Shown here piece after piece: positions 45,604 to 55,368 of a DNA stretch of 64,000 nucleotides. The notes under the pieces are model-generated. The model was not told where the DNA came from. It worked only from the letters and a program-made list of their open reading frames with translations, and searched no databases. Both the position numbers and the translations under genes were made by a program. This stretch comes from Candidatus Sericytochromatia bacterium (GTDB taxonomy: Bacteria; Cyanobacteriota; Sericytochromatia; S15B-MN24; JAQBPE01). Position 1 is the first letter of the stretch. The number at the start of each line of letters is the position of its first letter. The stretch is taken from the NCBI GenBank assembly GCA_035285125.1, contig JAYKHR010000045.1:214691-278690 (forward strand), given 5' to 3'.

Positions 45604-46248
45604 TCAGCCGGCCTGCCTGGCCTGGCGCCAGGGGGCCAGCACCGCCCGGACGTCCGCCTCCGTGAGCTGCGGGAAGGCGTCGTAGTGTGCCCCCACCGCC
45701 GTGAAGGTCTCCGGCACGGCAAGGGCCACGACCTCGTTCGCCTGGCCGAGCAGCACCTCCGCCACGCCGGGCGCCATCACGGGCGCCGCCACCGTCAGGT
45801 GGGCCGGGCGCTCCCGACGGATGGCCATCAGCGCCGCCAACACGGTCATCCCGGTGGCCACCCCGTCATCCACGACGACGACGGCCTGCCCGGCAAGGGA
45901 AAGCGCCGGCAGCAGGCCTCGCAGGAAGGCCTCCCGGTCCCTGGCCTCACGCCAGGCCTGCTGCCGCAGCGCCTCGCGGCTCGCCGGTGCGACGGTGCCC
46001 TCCAGCGTCTCGTTCCAGGTCGTTTCACCCGTGGCAGCCACCGCCCCCAGGGCGAGTTCCGGCTGCCACGGCAGCCCGATCTTGCGCACCACCCGCAGGT
46101 CCAGCGACGCGCCGAGGTGGCGCGCCACGCTGGCCGCGACGGGCAAGCCGCCACGGGGCAGCCCCACCACCACCGCCTCTGGCCCGACGCGCCCCTTCAG
46201 GGCCTCGGCCAGTTGCTCTCCGGCTGCTTCTCGCGTGCTGAACCGCAT
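45604..46248 (-). CDS. phosphoribosyltransferase-family protein
   Basis: GLPRGG, VRKIG, VVVDDGVATG. Confidence 0.9.
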   Translation of the reverse strand: MRFSTREAAGEQLAEALKGRVGPEAVVVGLPRGGLPVAASVARHLGASLDLRVVRKIGLPWQPELALGAVAATGETTWNETLEGTVAPASREALRQQAWREARDREAFLRGLLPALSLAGQAVVVVDDGVATGMTVLAALMAIRRERPAHLTVAAPVMAPGVAEVLLGQANEVVALAVPETFTAVGAHYDAFPQLTEADVRAVLAPWRQARQAG

Positions 46249-46310
46249 GGGCTCAGCGTGCCTCACGGTGGCGCGACCCACAAGCACCTGGCGGAGGTAA
46301 GGCCCAGTAG

Positions 46311-46383
46311 TGGAAGCTGTGGGGTTCGAACCCACGACCCAGCCATTATGAGTGGCCTGCTCTAACCGCTGAGCTAAGCTTCC
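46311..46383 (-). tRNA. tRNA with CAT anticodon, most likely tRNA-Ile2 (lysidine); CCA not encoded
   Basis: GGAAGCTTAGCTCAGCGGTTAGAGCAGGCCACTCATAATGGCTGGGTCGTGGGTTCGAACCCCACAGCTTCCA folds as a cloverleaf; resembles ileX-type tRNAs and lies downstream of rpoD. Confidence 0.9.
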
Positions 46384-46392
46384 GGGAGGCCC

Positions 46393-46421
46393 AGTCTAGC
46401 AGCCGCTCGGGAGGGGGTCAA
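46393..46421 (-). promoter_or_regulatory. tRNA promoter
   Basis: TTGACC-17 nt-TAGACT on the minus strand. Confidence 0.75.
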
Positions 46422-46445
46422 ACGCGCGCCTGGTCCGGGGCGGCG

Positions 46446-47489
46446 TCAGTCGATGTACTCCCGAAGCCGCTTGTTCCGGTTGGGGTGCCGCAGCTTGCGC
46501 AGGGCCTTGGCCTCGATCTGCCGGATGCGCTCGCGGGTGACGCCGAACTGTTGGCCCACCTCCTCGAGCGTCCGCTGGCGGCCGTCCTCCAGCCCGAACC
46601 GCATCTTGAGCACGTCGCGCTCGCGGCTCGAGAGCGTGTTCAGCACGTCCGTGATGTCCTCCCGCAGGAGCTCCTGGGTCACGGACTGCACGGGCGCCTC
46701 GGTGTCCCGGTCCTCGATGAAATCGCCGAGGCGGGACTCTTCCTCCTTGCCGACGGGGGTCTCCAGCGACACGGGCTCCTGGGCGACCTTCACGATTTCA
46801 CGCAGGCGGTCGACCGTGACCTCCATGTCGCGGGCCAGCTCCTCCTCGGTGGGCTGACGCCCGAGGTCCTGCTGAAGCTTGCGCTTCAGCTTGCGCAGTC
46901 GGTTGATGGTCTCGACCATATGCACCGGAATGCGAATCGTGCGGGCCTGGTCGGCGATTGCCCGCGTGATGGCCTGACGGATCCACCACGTCGCATACGT
47001 CGAGAACTTGAAGCCCCTCTGGTGGTCGAACTTCTCGACCGCCCGGATGAGGCCAAGGTTGCCCTCCTGGATGAGGTCGAGGAAGAGCATCCCCCGCCCC
47101 ACGTACTTCTTGGCGATGGAGACGACCAGCCGCAGGTTGGCCTCGGCGAGCTTGCGCTTGGCCATGTCGCCCTGTTTGCCGCCCGCGACGATCGCCTTCG
47201 CCAGGGCGACCTCCTGGGGGCTCGTCAACAGCTGAATCGAGCCGATTTCCCGCAGGTACATCCGCACGGGGTCGTCCGTCGAGATGCCCTTGGGCACCGA
47301 CAGGTCTATCTCGACCTCGTCCTGCATCCCCTGGAGATCCGCCTCCGCCGGCGCGTCGGCCTCATCGAGCGTGGCGACGGCACTTTCGAAGATGTCACCC
47401 TCGAGCGGGCCGAATTCCCCGTCGCCAAGCGCCTCGAGGAGTTCGTCCTCAGCGTCCTTGCGCTTCAGGGTGTCGGTGTTATCAGCCAC
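46446..47489 (-). CDS. rpoD: primary RNA polymerase sigma factor
   Basis: [62 protein letters not shown]. Confidence 0.97.
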   Translation of the reverse strand: MADNTDTLKRKDAEDELLEALGDGEFGPLEGDIFESAVATLDEADAPAEADLQGMQDEVEIDLSVPKGISTDDPVRMYLREIGSIQLLTSPQEVALAKAIVAGGKQGDMAKRKLAEANLRLVVSIAKKYVGRGMLFLDLIQEGNLGLIRAVEKFDHQRGFKFSTYATWWIRQAITRAIADQARTIRIPVHMVETINRLRKLKRKLQQDLGRQPTEEELARDMEVTVDRLREIVKVAQEPVSLETPVGKEEESRLGDFIEDRDTEAPVQSVTQELLREDITDVLNTLSSRERDVLKMRFGLEDGRQRTLEEVGQQFGVTRERIRQIEAKALRKLRHPNRNKRLREYID

Positions 47490-47555
47490 GTTGGGGTGTT
47501 CCTTTCCAGCCCAGGCTCCGAACACTTATGTTCCCACCGAGGGCGGCTTTCCATC

Positions 47556-49367
47556 CTATCCGGGAGCGCCTGATACGGCCAGTTTTCGCCACCGCTGGTC
47601 GAGGGTTCGCAGGTGTTGGATGATTGCCTGCAGGCGCTGTGTCGCCTCTCCCGTCGGGTCGCCGTCGTGTTTGATCTGCTCCATCAGGGCTTGCTTGTGG
47701 CCCTGCCAGAACTCCATTTCCAGCCTCAACAGGCAGTCCTCGACCACCTGCTCTTCCTGGTCGCCCCAGGCGGCTCCGTCCGTGAACGAGAGCGCCGAGA
47801 GCGTCTGCTGCACCTCTGCGTCGCCCTTGAAGGCGTCGAGCAGCTGGGGCCAGCCGAGGGGGCCAGGCGCTGCCGCGAGGTGGGCGATGGCCTGCCGCAC
47901 GGGCTCGTGTGCCGCCGAGAAGGGGATGGCCTCGGTCCGGCTGCGGATGGTCTCTCGCCAGGCCGGTCGCTCCACGGCCATGAACAGCAGGATCCGCTCG
48001 GCCTCGTGGGTGGACAGCTTCTTGGCCTGGCGGGGCCCCGGGCCGCGGGCGGGCGCGGCTGCCGGGCGCTGGCCCCGCCCGAGTTCCAGGCGGATGGCCT
48101 CGGGCCTCACGCCGAGCCTGCCGGCCAGCCAGGAGACGTAGTGGTCCTGGGTCACGTAGCTCTCGATGCGGCGCAGCACGGGCAAGGCGTCTGCGACCGC
48201 CGCTGAGCGCCCCTCGGGACGGCTCGTGTCGTGGGCCTGAATGGCGCGCATCAGCAAGAACTCGAAGAGCACGGGGGCCTCGGCCAGCCGGGCCTCGAAG
48301 GCCGCCGCTCCCTCGGCGCGCAGGTAGGCGTCGGGATCCTTGCCCGAGGGCACGGCCAGCACGCGCAGGTCGAGCCCGACGCCCTGCGTCACCTCGGAGA
48401 GGGTCGCCACGCCGCGCTCGGCGGCTTGCAGGCCCGCGCGGTCGGCGTCGAAGGCCAGCACCACCCGCCGCGAGGGCGTGTAGCGAAGCAGCGCCTTGGC
48501 CTGGTTCGGTGTCAGGGCCGTCCCCAGCACGCCCACGGCCTCCTCGAAGCCATGGGCATGGGCCGTGATGACGTCCATGTAGCCCTCCATCAGCAGGGCC
48601 CGGTCCCGGGCCTTGATGGCGGCCCGCGCCTCTCCGAGGCCGTAGAGCACGTTCCCCTTGCGGTACACGAGCGTCTCCGGGCTGTTCAGGTACTTCGGCT
48701 CGTCCCCGGCGGCGAGGGCCCGGGCGCCGAAGCCCACGATGTGGCCCGCCTCGTTGGTGATGGGAAACATGACCCGGTTGCGGAAGTAGTCGTAGTGGCC
48801 CTGGCCGCTCGCGCGCGGGCGCGCCAGGGCGGCGGCCTCCTGAACGTCCGCGGGCACGCCGCGTTCCAGCATGTGGCGGTGCAGCCCGTCCCAGCCTTGG
48901 GGAGAGAGCCCGAGCCGGAACCGCTTGCGCAGCGTGTCGTCGATGCCACGTCCGGCAAGGTAGTCTCGCGCCTCGGCGCCGAGGCGCTCGTGCTCGAGCA
49001 TCCAGATGAAGTAGTCTGCCGCAAGCTCGTTGGCCTGGCGGATGCGCGTGCGCTCGTCAGCGTCGGGCTGGCGCTCCGGAAGCTGAACGCCGTAGCGGTC
49101 CGCCAGCGTCTTGAGGGCCTCGGGGAAGGTCTGGTGCTGCGCCTTCATCACGAAGGTGAAGACGTCACCGCCCTCGCCACACCCGAAGCAGCGGAAGATC
49201 TGGCGCTCGGGGTTGACGTTGAAGCTCGGTGAGCGCTCGTTGTGAAAGGGGCAGAGACCCGTGTAGTTGCGGCCGCTGCGCTTCAGCACGACGGTGTCTG
49301 ACACGACCTCGACGATGTCGGCGCGTGCCCGGACCTCGGCGATCGGGTCTTCGGGGATGAGACTCAC
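47556..49367 (-). CDS. dnaG: DNA primase
   Basis: CPFHNERSPSF..CFGC, KYLNSPET, EGYMDV, FDADRAG, KDPD. Confidence 0.97.
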   Translation of the reverse strand: MSLIPEDPIAEVRARADIVEVVSDTVVLKRSGRNYTGLCPFHNERSPSFNVNPERQIFRCFGCGEGGDVFTFVMKAQHQTFPEALKTLADRYGVQLPERQPDADERTRIRQANELAADYFIWMLEHERLGAEARDYLAGRGIDDTLRKRFRLGLSPQGWDGLHRHMLERGVPADVQEAAALARPRASGQGHYDYFRNRVMFPITNEAGHIVGFGARALAAGDEPKYLNSPETLVYRKGNVLYGLGEARAAIKARDRALLMEGYMDVITAHAHGFEEAVGVLGTALTPNQAKALLRYTPSRRVVLAFDADRAGLQAAERGVATLSEVTQGVGLDLRVLAVPSGKDPDAYLRAEGAAAFEARLAEAPVLFEFLLMRAIQAHDTSRPEGRSAAVADALPVLRRIESYVTQDHYVSWLAGRLGVRPEAIRLELGRGQRPAAAPARGPGPRQAKKLSTHEAERILLFMAVERPAWRETIRSRTEAIPFSAAHEPVRQAIAHLAAAPGPLGWPQLLDAFKGDAEVQQTLSALSFTDGAAWGDQEEQVVEDCLLRLEMEFWQGHKQALMEQIKHDGDPTGEATQRLQAIIQHLRTLDQRWRKLAVSGAPG

Positions 49368-50419
49368 GCGCCCATAGTGGCAGATTCATCCGCCAGCCGC
49401 CACGGGGCGGGCAGGAACAGCCGCTCGAACGTGGCGATGGCGTAGCGGTCTGTCATCCCGGCGATGAAGTCGGCGGCGGCCCGGGGGGCTTCGGCCGGGG
49501 TCACTGCGCGGCCGAGCCCACGTGTCAGCGCCTCCACGTCCGTCACCAGGTGCCGGTAGAGGCGCTCCACGATGCCCATCGCCTTGCCCTCCTCCCGCTT
49601 CGCGCGGCTGCCGGTGTACACCCGCTTGAACATGAAGGCGCGGAGCTCCAGAAAAGGGTCGTGAAGCGCCTCGCTCATGCGAATCTCGCCGCCTTCCAGG
49701 TCGCTCGCGGCCACGAGGTCTTGCACCATCGTGGTGATGCGCGTGCCGCGCGAGGCGCCGAAGGTCGGGTTCACCCAGGCCGGCAGGTCTTGCTCGGCCA
49801 TGATGCCCGCGCGGATGGCGTCATCGAGGTCGTGGTTGAGGTAGGCCACGCGGTCGCAGATCTTCACGATCTGGCCCTCCAGGGTGGCTGCCCGCCCGGG
49901 CCCCGTGTGGTGCAAGATGCCGTCGCGGACCTCCCACGTGAGGTTCATCGGCTCGAGGTGCTCCACCACCCGGACGCTCTGCTCGTTGTGGCGGAACCCG
50001 TCAGGCTGGTGCAACTCGTCGAGCACGCGCTCGCCGGCGTGGCCGAAGGGCGCATGGCCGAGGTCGTGGCCGAGCCCGATTGCCTCCGTGAGGTCCTCGT
50101 TGAGCCCCAGTGCCCGGGCGACGGTGCGGGAGATCTGGGCGACCTCCAGCGTGTGGGTCAGGCGGGTGCGGTAGTGGTCTCCCTCAGGTGCGATGAAGAC
50201 CTGGGTCTTGTGCTTCAGGCGTCGGAAGGCCTTGGCGTGGAGGATGCGGTCGCGATCCCGCTGGAAAGCCGTCCGCAGCTCACACGGCTGCTCCGCCTGG
50301 TCGCGGCCGCGCGAGAGGGCAGCGCGCGCCGCCAAGGGGTGCAGGCACTCGGCCTCGAATGCCTCCTGGCGCAGGCGGCCACAGAGGCTGGGCAGGGTTC
50401 GCGGCAAGGAAGCGGTCAT
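49364..50419 (-). CDS. dgt: deoxyguanosinetriphosphate triphosphohydrolase
   Basis: FQRDRDRI, LKHKTQV, RTRLTHTLEV, HDLGHAPFGHAGE, AGMTDRYA. Confidence 0.95.
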   Translation of the reverse strand: MTASLPRTLPSLCGRLRQEAFEAECLHPLAARAALSRGRDQAEQPCELRTAFQRDRDRILHAKAFRRLKHKTQVFIAPEGDHYRTRLTHTLEVAQISRTVARALGLNEDLTEAIGLGHDLGHAPFGHAGERVLDELHQPDGFRHNEQSVRVVEHLEPMNLTWEVRDGILHHTGPGRAATLEGQIVKICDRVAYLNHDLDDAIRAGIMAEQDLPAWVNPTFGASRGTRITTMVQDLVAASDLEGGEIRMSEALHDPFLELRAFMFKRVYTGSRAKREEGKAMGIVERLYRHLVTDVEALTRGLGRAVTPAEAPRAAADFIAGMTDRYAIATFERLFLPAPWRLADESATMGA

Positions 50420-50493
50420 CAGGCCCTCCACAGGGATGTGGGAGGACCCATGTTTAACATAACGTGGTCAGGGCTGACAAGGCGACGATGGCG

Positions 50494-51000
50494 TCAGGTG
50501 AGGCCGTCTCGGACGTAGTTCTGGCCCTTGAAGGTGAGGCTCAGCCGGCCGTCCCGCAACTGTTCGATGTGCCCGAGCGTCATCGGCAACTCCAGCTCCT
50601 CGCCTGCCTCGCGGCACGACCAGGCCGGCAGCTCGGCCAGCGCAGCCTGGATGTCGGCGGTCGTGAAGGACTCCAGGCGGCGGTACTTCTCGAGGTAGTA
50701 GGCTGTCACCACCACGAGGTCCGCTGGCGAGACGGCTTGCTTCATCCGCGTGAACTCGGCCAGCGAGACGTTCACCTTGGGCGTGAAGGTCGGGCTGACG
50801 CGCGGAAACGGGTCGGTGGGCTCGGCCTGCTCGTCTGCCACCTCCGGGGCGAGGGTCGCGGACACCCGTGGCATGGCCAGGCCTGGGGCTGACACGAGCC
50901 ATCCGGCCAGGTGGCGCTCCAGCAGCTCGGCCACGAATGCCTCGCTGCCCTCGAGCTCCACCTCGCGCTCGCCCTCCCGGATGCGAACCCTGGCTTCCAC
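50494..51000 (-). CDS. hypothetical protein, possible C-terminal winged helix
   Basis: SD AGGAGG; EVELEGSEAFV N-terminus; AYYL..FT..DI..LSLTFKGQNYV. Confidence 0.7.
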   Translation of the reverse strand: MEARVRIREGEREVELEGSEAFVAELLERHLAGWLVSAPGLAMPRVSATLAPEVADEQAEPTDPFPRVSPTFTPKVNVSLAEFTRMKQAVSPADLVVVTAYYLEKYRRLESFTTADIQAALAELPAWSCREAGEELELPMTLGHIEQLRDGRLSLTFKGQNYVRDGLT

Positions 51001-51018
51001 GTTCAGCCCTCCTGGTTT

Positions 51019-52761
51019 TCAGGAGCCGCGTCGGCTCCTTCGTGGGCCGCCCGAGGGGCCCCCCTTGTGGGTCATTGCCTGCGCCAGCAGCGCCTCGGCG
51101 TGACGCAGCGCGGCTGGCCCCGGATCCCCGCTCGACAGCTTTGCCAGCTCCCGAACCCTCGCCGCTCCTGCCAGCACCGTGGCCCGGACACGCGTCCTGT
51201 CCACGTCCACCCCCTTCTCCAGGTGCGTGTGCTGGTCGGCCATCGCCGCAACGGCCGGGAGGTGGGTGATGCATAGCACCTGGTGGGTCCGCGCCAGGGT
51301 GGCCAGCTTCTCGGCCACGGCCTGCGCGGCCCGGCCGCTGATGCCCGTGTCCACCTCGTCGAACACCAGCGTGCCCACCGCGTCGAGGCCGGCCAGCACG
51401 GACGTGAGCGCGAGCATGACCCGCGCCATCTCACCCCCGGACGCGGTGCGGGCGAGCGCCCGCGGAGGCTCACCCGGGTTGAGGGCCACCTCGAACACCA
51501 CCTCCTCCTGGCCGCTCGCCCGCTGGCGCGGGGCGGTTTGGTGAGGGCAGAGCGTCACGGCGAACCGGGCCCGCCCCATCTCGAGGTGCTCGAGCTCTCG
51601 TTCCACGGCCCGCTCCAGCTCGCCGGCGGCGGCACGCCGCGCCTGCGTGAGCTGCTCACACGCCGCAGCCAGCGCCCCTTCGGCTTGCAGGCGCTCCGCC
51701 TCCAAGCCCGTCAGGCGCTCGTCGTCGGCGGCCACGGCCGCGAGCTGCCTGGACAGCTCCTCGCGGCGGGCGATCGCCTGCTCGAGGCCGGGCCCGTACT
51801 TGCGCGCCACGTCGAGCAGCTGGGCGACGCGCTGCTCGACCTCGGCGAGGCGGGCCGGGTCCGCCTCCAGCCGGTCCAGGTGGCGCCGGAGGTCTGCCGC
51901 GACGTCCCGCAAGGCGGCCTGCAGGCCGGCCAGCTCGCGGCCGGCTTCACCGAGCACCGCGTCGACCTCGCCCAGGCTGGTCAGTGGTTGCAGGCAACGT
52001 GCAAGGATGTCGTAGGCGCTGGGGCCGTTCTCGCCTGCGTAGAGGCTCTGGTAGGCGTCCTGGCAGGCCTGTCGAAGGCGCTGGGCATGGACCAGCCGCA
52101 GGCGCTCCGCCTCGAGGTGCTCCATCTCGGCGGGGGCCTCGAGCCCTGCGGCCTCCAGTTCTGCGAGTTGGAACCGCCAGTAGTCCTCCTGCCGCGCCCG
52201 TTCCCGGGCCTCCTCGCGGTGCTGTCTGAGCGCCATCCGCACGCCCTGCAGCCCGGCGTGCGTCCGGGCCACTGCCTCGCGCAACGGGCCATGCCGGCCG
52301 TGGCGGTCGAGCAGCTCCAGCTGGTACTCGGGGTCCAGCAGCCGCTGGTGCTCGTGCTGCGAGACGATGTCGGCCAGGCACCTGCCGGCTCGGCGGAGCT
52401 GGGCCTGGGTGACCTGGTGGCCGTCGAGGCGGCACCGCGAACCGCGGGCCGTGAGCTCCCTGCTGAGCGTCAGCTCGCCTTCCACCGCCGGCACGATGCC
52501 CTCCTCGTCCAGGAGGTTGGTCAGGCCTTCGGGCCACCCCAGCGCGCCTGGCCGGTTGAACGTGGCTTCGACGAACGCCCGTTGCTCGCCGTGCCGGATG
52601 TCTTCGAGGTTCACCCTCCCCCCGAGCGCTGCCGACAGGGCGTCGATCAAGATGGACTTGCCCGCGCCCGTCTCGCCCGTCAGCAAGCAGAAGCCCGGCT
52701 CGAAGCGGAGCTCCAGCGCGTCGATCAGGACGAAGTTCCGAATCGAGAGGGCAGCAAGCAA
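51019..52761 (-). CDS. recN: DNA repair protein RecN
   Basis: TGETGAGKS, ASGGEMAR, VFDEVDTG, CITHLP. Confidence 0.97.
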   Translation of the reverse strand: MLAALSIRNFVLIDALELRFEPGFCLLTGETGAGKSILIDALSAALGGRVNLEDIRHGEQRAFVEATFNRPGALGWPEGLTNLLDEEGIVPAVEGELTLSRELTARGSRCRLDGHQVTQAQLRRAGRCLADIVSQHEHQRLLDPEYQLELLDRHGRHGPLREAVARTHAGLQGVRMALRQHREEARERARQEDYWRFQLAELEAAGLEAPAEMEHLEAERLRLVHAQRLRQACQDAYQSLYAGENGPSAYDILARCLQPLTSLGEVDAVLGEAGRELAGLQAALRDVAADLRRHLDRLEADPARLAEVEQRVAQLLDVARKYGPGLEQAIARREELSRQLAAVAADDERLTGLEAERLQAEGALAAACEQLTQARRAAAGELERAVERELEHLEMGRARFAVTLCPHQTAPRQRASGQEEVVFEVALNPGEPPRALARTASGGEMARVMLALTSVLAGLDAVGTLVFDEVDTGISGRAAQAVAEKLATLARTHQVLCITHLPAVAAMADQHTHLEKGVDVDRTRVRATVLAGAARVRELAKLSSGDPGPAALRHAEALLAQAMTHKGGPSGGPRRSRRGS

Positions 52762-52964
52762 GGGGGGCCACCTCGGTGGGAGAGCGGCCTTCGAGGCCGT
52801 GCCCTCGCCATCTTAGCAAGGGTGTCGAGGGCGCCGCAATCAAAAAACTTCACCCTGACACGCGGCGGCTCCTCGGGGGCCGTGGTAGAATTTCGGCTGC
52901 TGTTCGATTGCTTGTGAGAGATGGCGCGATGCGCACGTGCGTGGAACCAGGGGAGCCGGCTGCG

Positions 52965-53651
52965 ATGACTGACGTCTGTCAACTTCTCAGGGAGACCCGC
53001 CTCGGAAAGGGGTTGACCCTCGACGAGGTGGCGCAGCGCACCTACATCAAGCTGCACTACCTCGAGGCCCTGGAGGAGGGGCGGCTCGACAAGCTGCCCG
53101 CCATGGTGCACACGTACGGCTACATCCGGCAGTACGCCAAGCTGCTCGGGCTCGACGGGGGGGCGTTGGTCGCCCAGTTCCAGGCCTACGAGCGGGCTGC
53201 CTCGGCGCCCAGGAATGCCCGGCCGCCAGCGGCCGAGATGCTCGGGGAAACCCTTAGCTTCCTGCGCCCGATCAAGACCACCTACGGCAACGGCCACCCT
53301 GCGCCGAGCCCCGCCGCCTCGGCCATCGGTGCCGTGACCAGGGCCGACGCGGAGGCCTATGCGCCGCCTGCAGCTGCCCCGGTGCAGGCGCCATGGGGTG
53401 TGCCTGCGGTCGAACCTGCCCCGCCCCCTGCCGTGCCCCATGGCGAGCTGATGGAGTCGCGGGCGAAGGCCCAGCAGATTCTGCTGGACGCCGAGCGCGA
53501 GGCCCGCCAGCTCGTCCAGGGTGCCGAGGGTTACGCCGACGAGGTGCTGGAGCGCCTGGAAGGCGAGGTGGCCAACGCCCTCCAGATTGTGCAAAACGGC
53601 CGGCAGTTCCTTGCCTCGCGGCGACGGACGGGTCCCCCGAACCTTGGTTGA
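52965..53651 (+). CDS. soluble RodZ-type HTH protein with Cdv3/SepIVA-like coiled-coil C-terminus
   Basis: LRETRLGKGLTL..YLEALEEG..GYIRQYAKLLGLD; no TM; GAEGYADEVLERLE..NGRQFL. Confidence 0.75.
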   Translation: MTDVCQLLRETRLGKGLTLDEVAQRTYIKLHYLEALEEGRLDKLPAMVHTYGYIRQYAKLLGLDGGALVAQFQAYERAASAPRNARPPAAEMLGETLSFLRPIKTTYGNGHPAPSPAASAIGAVTRADAEAYAPPAAAPVQAPWGVPAVEPAPPPAVPHGELMESRAKAQQILLDAEREARQLVQGAEGYADEVLERLEGEVANALQIVQNGRQFLASRRRTGPPNLG

Positions 53652-53719
53652 CGGCTCCGGGAGCCCGGCCCTCGACGCCCCAGCCCTTACCACCCTTTTT
53701 CGTAGACTGGAGCTGAACG

Positions 53720-54343
53720 GTGTTTCGCCTGATACCGCGGGAGGAGAGCTTCTTCGACCTGCTCGAGGCCTCCTCGCGCAACGCGCTCGCCGGCTCACGC
53801 CTGCTGCGCGACCTCGCGGAGGATTACCGCGACGTGCCGGGGCGGCTGCAAAAGCTCACGGATGCCGAGCATGTCGGAGACAAGGTCACGCACCAGATCC
53901 TCGAAAAGCTCAACAAGACCTTCGTGACGCCGCTCGATCGGGAAGACATCCACACGCTCACCATCGATCTCGACAACATCGTCGACTCGACCGAGCTGGT
54001 GGCTGACAGGCTGTTGCTTTACCGCATCGAAAAGCCCACCGACCTCCTGATCACACTCGTGCGCCTGCTGGAGCGCTGCTGCGAGCAGATCGACCAGGCT
54101 GTTCCGCTGCTGCGGACCCCTCGGCGCCACCGCGAGATCCTGCCGCACGTGGTCGAGATCAACCGCCTGGAAAACGAGGCGGACAAGCTGAACCGGCTTG
54201 CCCTCAGCTCGCTGTTCGACCAGCCGAGGGACGTCCTCGACGTCATCAAGTGGAAGGAGGTCTACGACACCATCGAGGCCGCCATCGACATGACTGAAGA
54301 CGTGGCCGGCCGGTTGCACGGGATCGTGCTCAAGAATGCTTAA
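53720..54343 (+). CDS. DUF47 (PhoU-like) phosphate transport regulator
   Basis: TFVTPLDREDI, LENEAD, IKWKEVY. Confidence 0.93.
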   Translation: MFRLIPREESFFDLLEASSRNALAGSRLLRDLAEDYRDVPGRLQKLTDAEHVGDKVTHQILEKLNKTFVTPLDREDIHTLTIDLDNIVDSTELVADRLLLYRIEKPTDLLITLVRLLERCCEQIDQAVPLLRTPRRHREILPHVVEINRLENEADKLNRLALSSLFDQPRDVLDVIKWKEVYDTIEAAIDMTEDVAGRLHGIVLKNA

Positions 54344-55364
54344 CGAACTCTTCGTGCTCGTCACCCTCGTGGTGATCCTCGCGCTGGCCTTTGACTTCAT
54401 CAACGGCTTCCACGACACCGCCAACGCCATCGCGGCGTCCGTCTCGACCGGTGTGCTGACGCCCCGCAACGCCATCTTCATGGCCGCCGTCTTGAACTTC
54501 GGGGGCGCCCTGTGGGGCACCGAGGTCGCCAAGACCATCGGGAAGGGCATCGTCGACGGCAAGCTTTTCGAGTCAGGTGCCGTCCTGGGCCAGTGGGTGG
54601 TGGTGGCGGCGCTCGTCTCGGCCATCACGTGGAACCTGCTGACGTGGTGGTGGGGGCTGCCGAGCTCCTCGTCCCACGCCATCATCGGCGGGCTCATCGG
54701 CGCCGCGCTGATGGGGTACGGCCCTGGCTACCTCAACTGGGTCGGCGTGGAGCGGATCTTCGTCTTCCTTGTAGCCTCCCCCGTGGTCGGTGGCGCCGTG
54801 TCGTTCACCTTGATGGTGCTGCTGATGTGGGTCTTCCGGCGGGCGCTGCCCACCACCGTGACGAACATCTTCCGTCCCTTGCAGGTCGTGGCGGCGGCGT
54901 TCATGGCGTTCTCCCACGGCACCAACGACGCCCAGAAGGCCATGGGCATCATCACCCTGGCCCTGTTCTCAGGGGGCTACCTCAACCCGGCGGAGGGGTT
55001 TCACGTGCCCTGGTCCGTGATGCTGGCGGCCGCCACGGCGATGGCCCTGGGCACGGCCGCAGGTGGCTGGAAGATCATCAAGACCATGGGCACTCGCATC
55101 GTGAAGCTTCAGCCCATCAACGGCTTTGCCTCCGACACGGCCGCGGCCCTCACCATCACCACCTGCTCCCACTTCGGGCTGCCGGTCTCCACGACGCACG
55201 TCGTGTCTGGCGCCATCATGGGGGTCGGGGCGACCAAGCGCGTGTCGGCCGTGCGCTGGGGGGTGGCCGGCAACATGGTGCTGGCGTGGGTGTTCACCAT
55301 CCCGATCACCGCCACGCTGGCCGCCTTCCTGTTCGCATTCCTGCGGTGGGCGCTCAAGTTCTGA
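54336..55364 (+). CDS. pit: inorganic phosphate transporter (PiT family)
   Basis: GFHDTANAIA, PSSSSH, HGTNDAQK, PVSTTH. Confidence 0.95.
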   Translation: MLNELFVLVTLVVILALAFDFINGFHDTANAIAASVSTGVLTPRNAIFMAAVLNFGGALWGTEVAKTIGKGIVDGKLFESGAVLGQWVVVAALVSAITWNLLTWWWGLPSSSSHAIIGGLIGAALMGYGPGYLNWVGVERIFVFLVASPVVGGAVSFTLMVLLMWVFRRALPTTVTNIFRPLQVVAAAFMAFSHGTNDAQKAMGIITLALFSGGYLNPAEGFHVPWSVMLAAATAMALGTAAGGWKIIKTMGTRIVKLQPINGFASDTAAALTITTCSHFGLPVSTTHVVSGAIMGVGATKRVSAVRWGVAGNMVLAWVFTIPITATLAAFLFAFLRWALKF

Positions 55365-55368
55365 CGGC

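Noticed and set aside
46280..46383. tRNA as an integration site for a genomic island
   Set aside because: No duplicated tRNA 3' end, integrase or composition shift seen in the window
50452..50480. dif-like site (TTATGTTAAA XerD arm on the minus strand)
   Set aside because: No XerC arm; better explained as the promoter region of dgt-dnaG-rpoD (TTGTCA upstream)
53680..53710. Pho box upstream of DUF47-pit
   Set aside because: The CCCTT repeats are 9 nt apart, not 11, and match poorly
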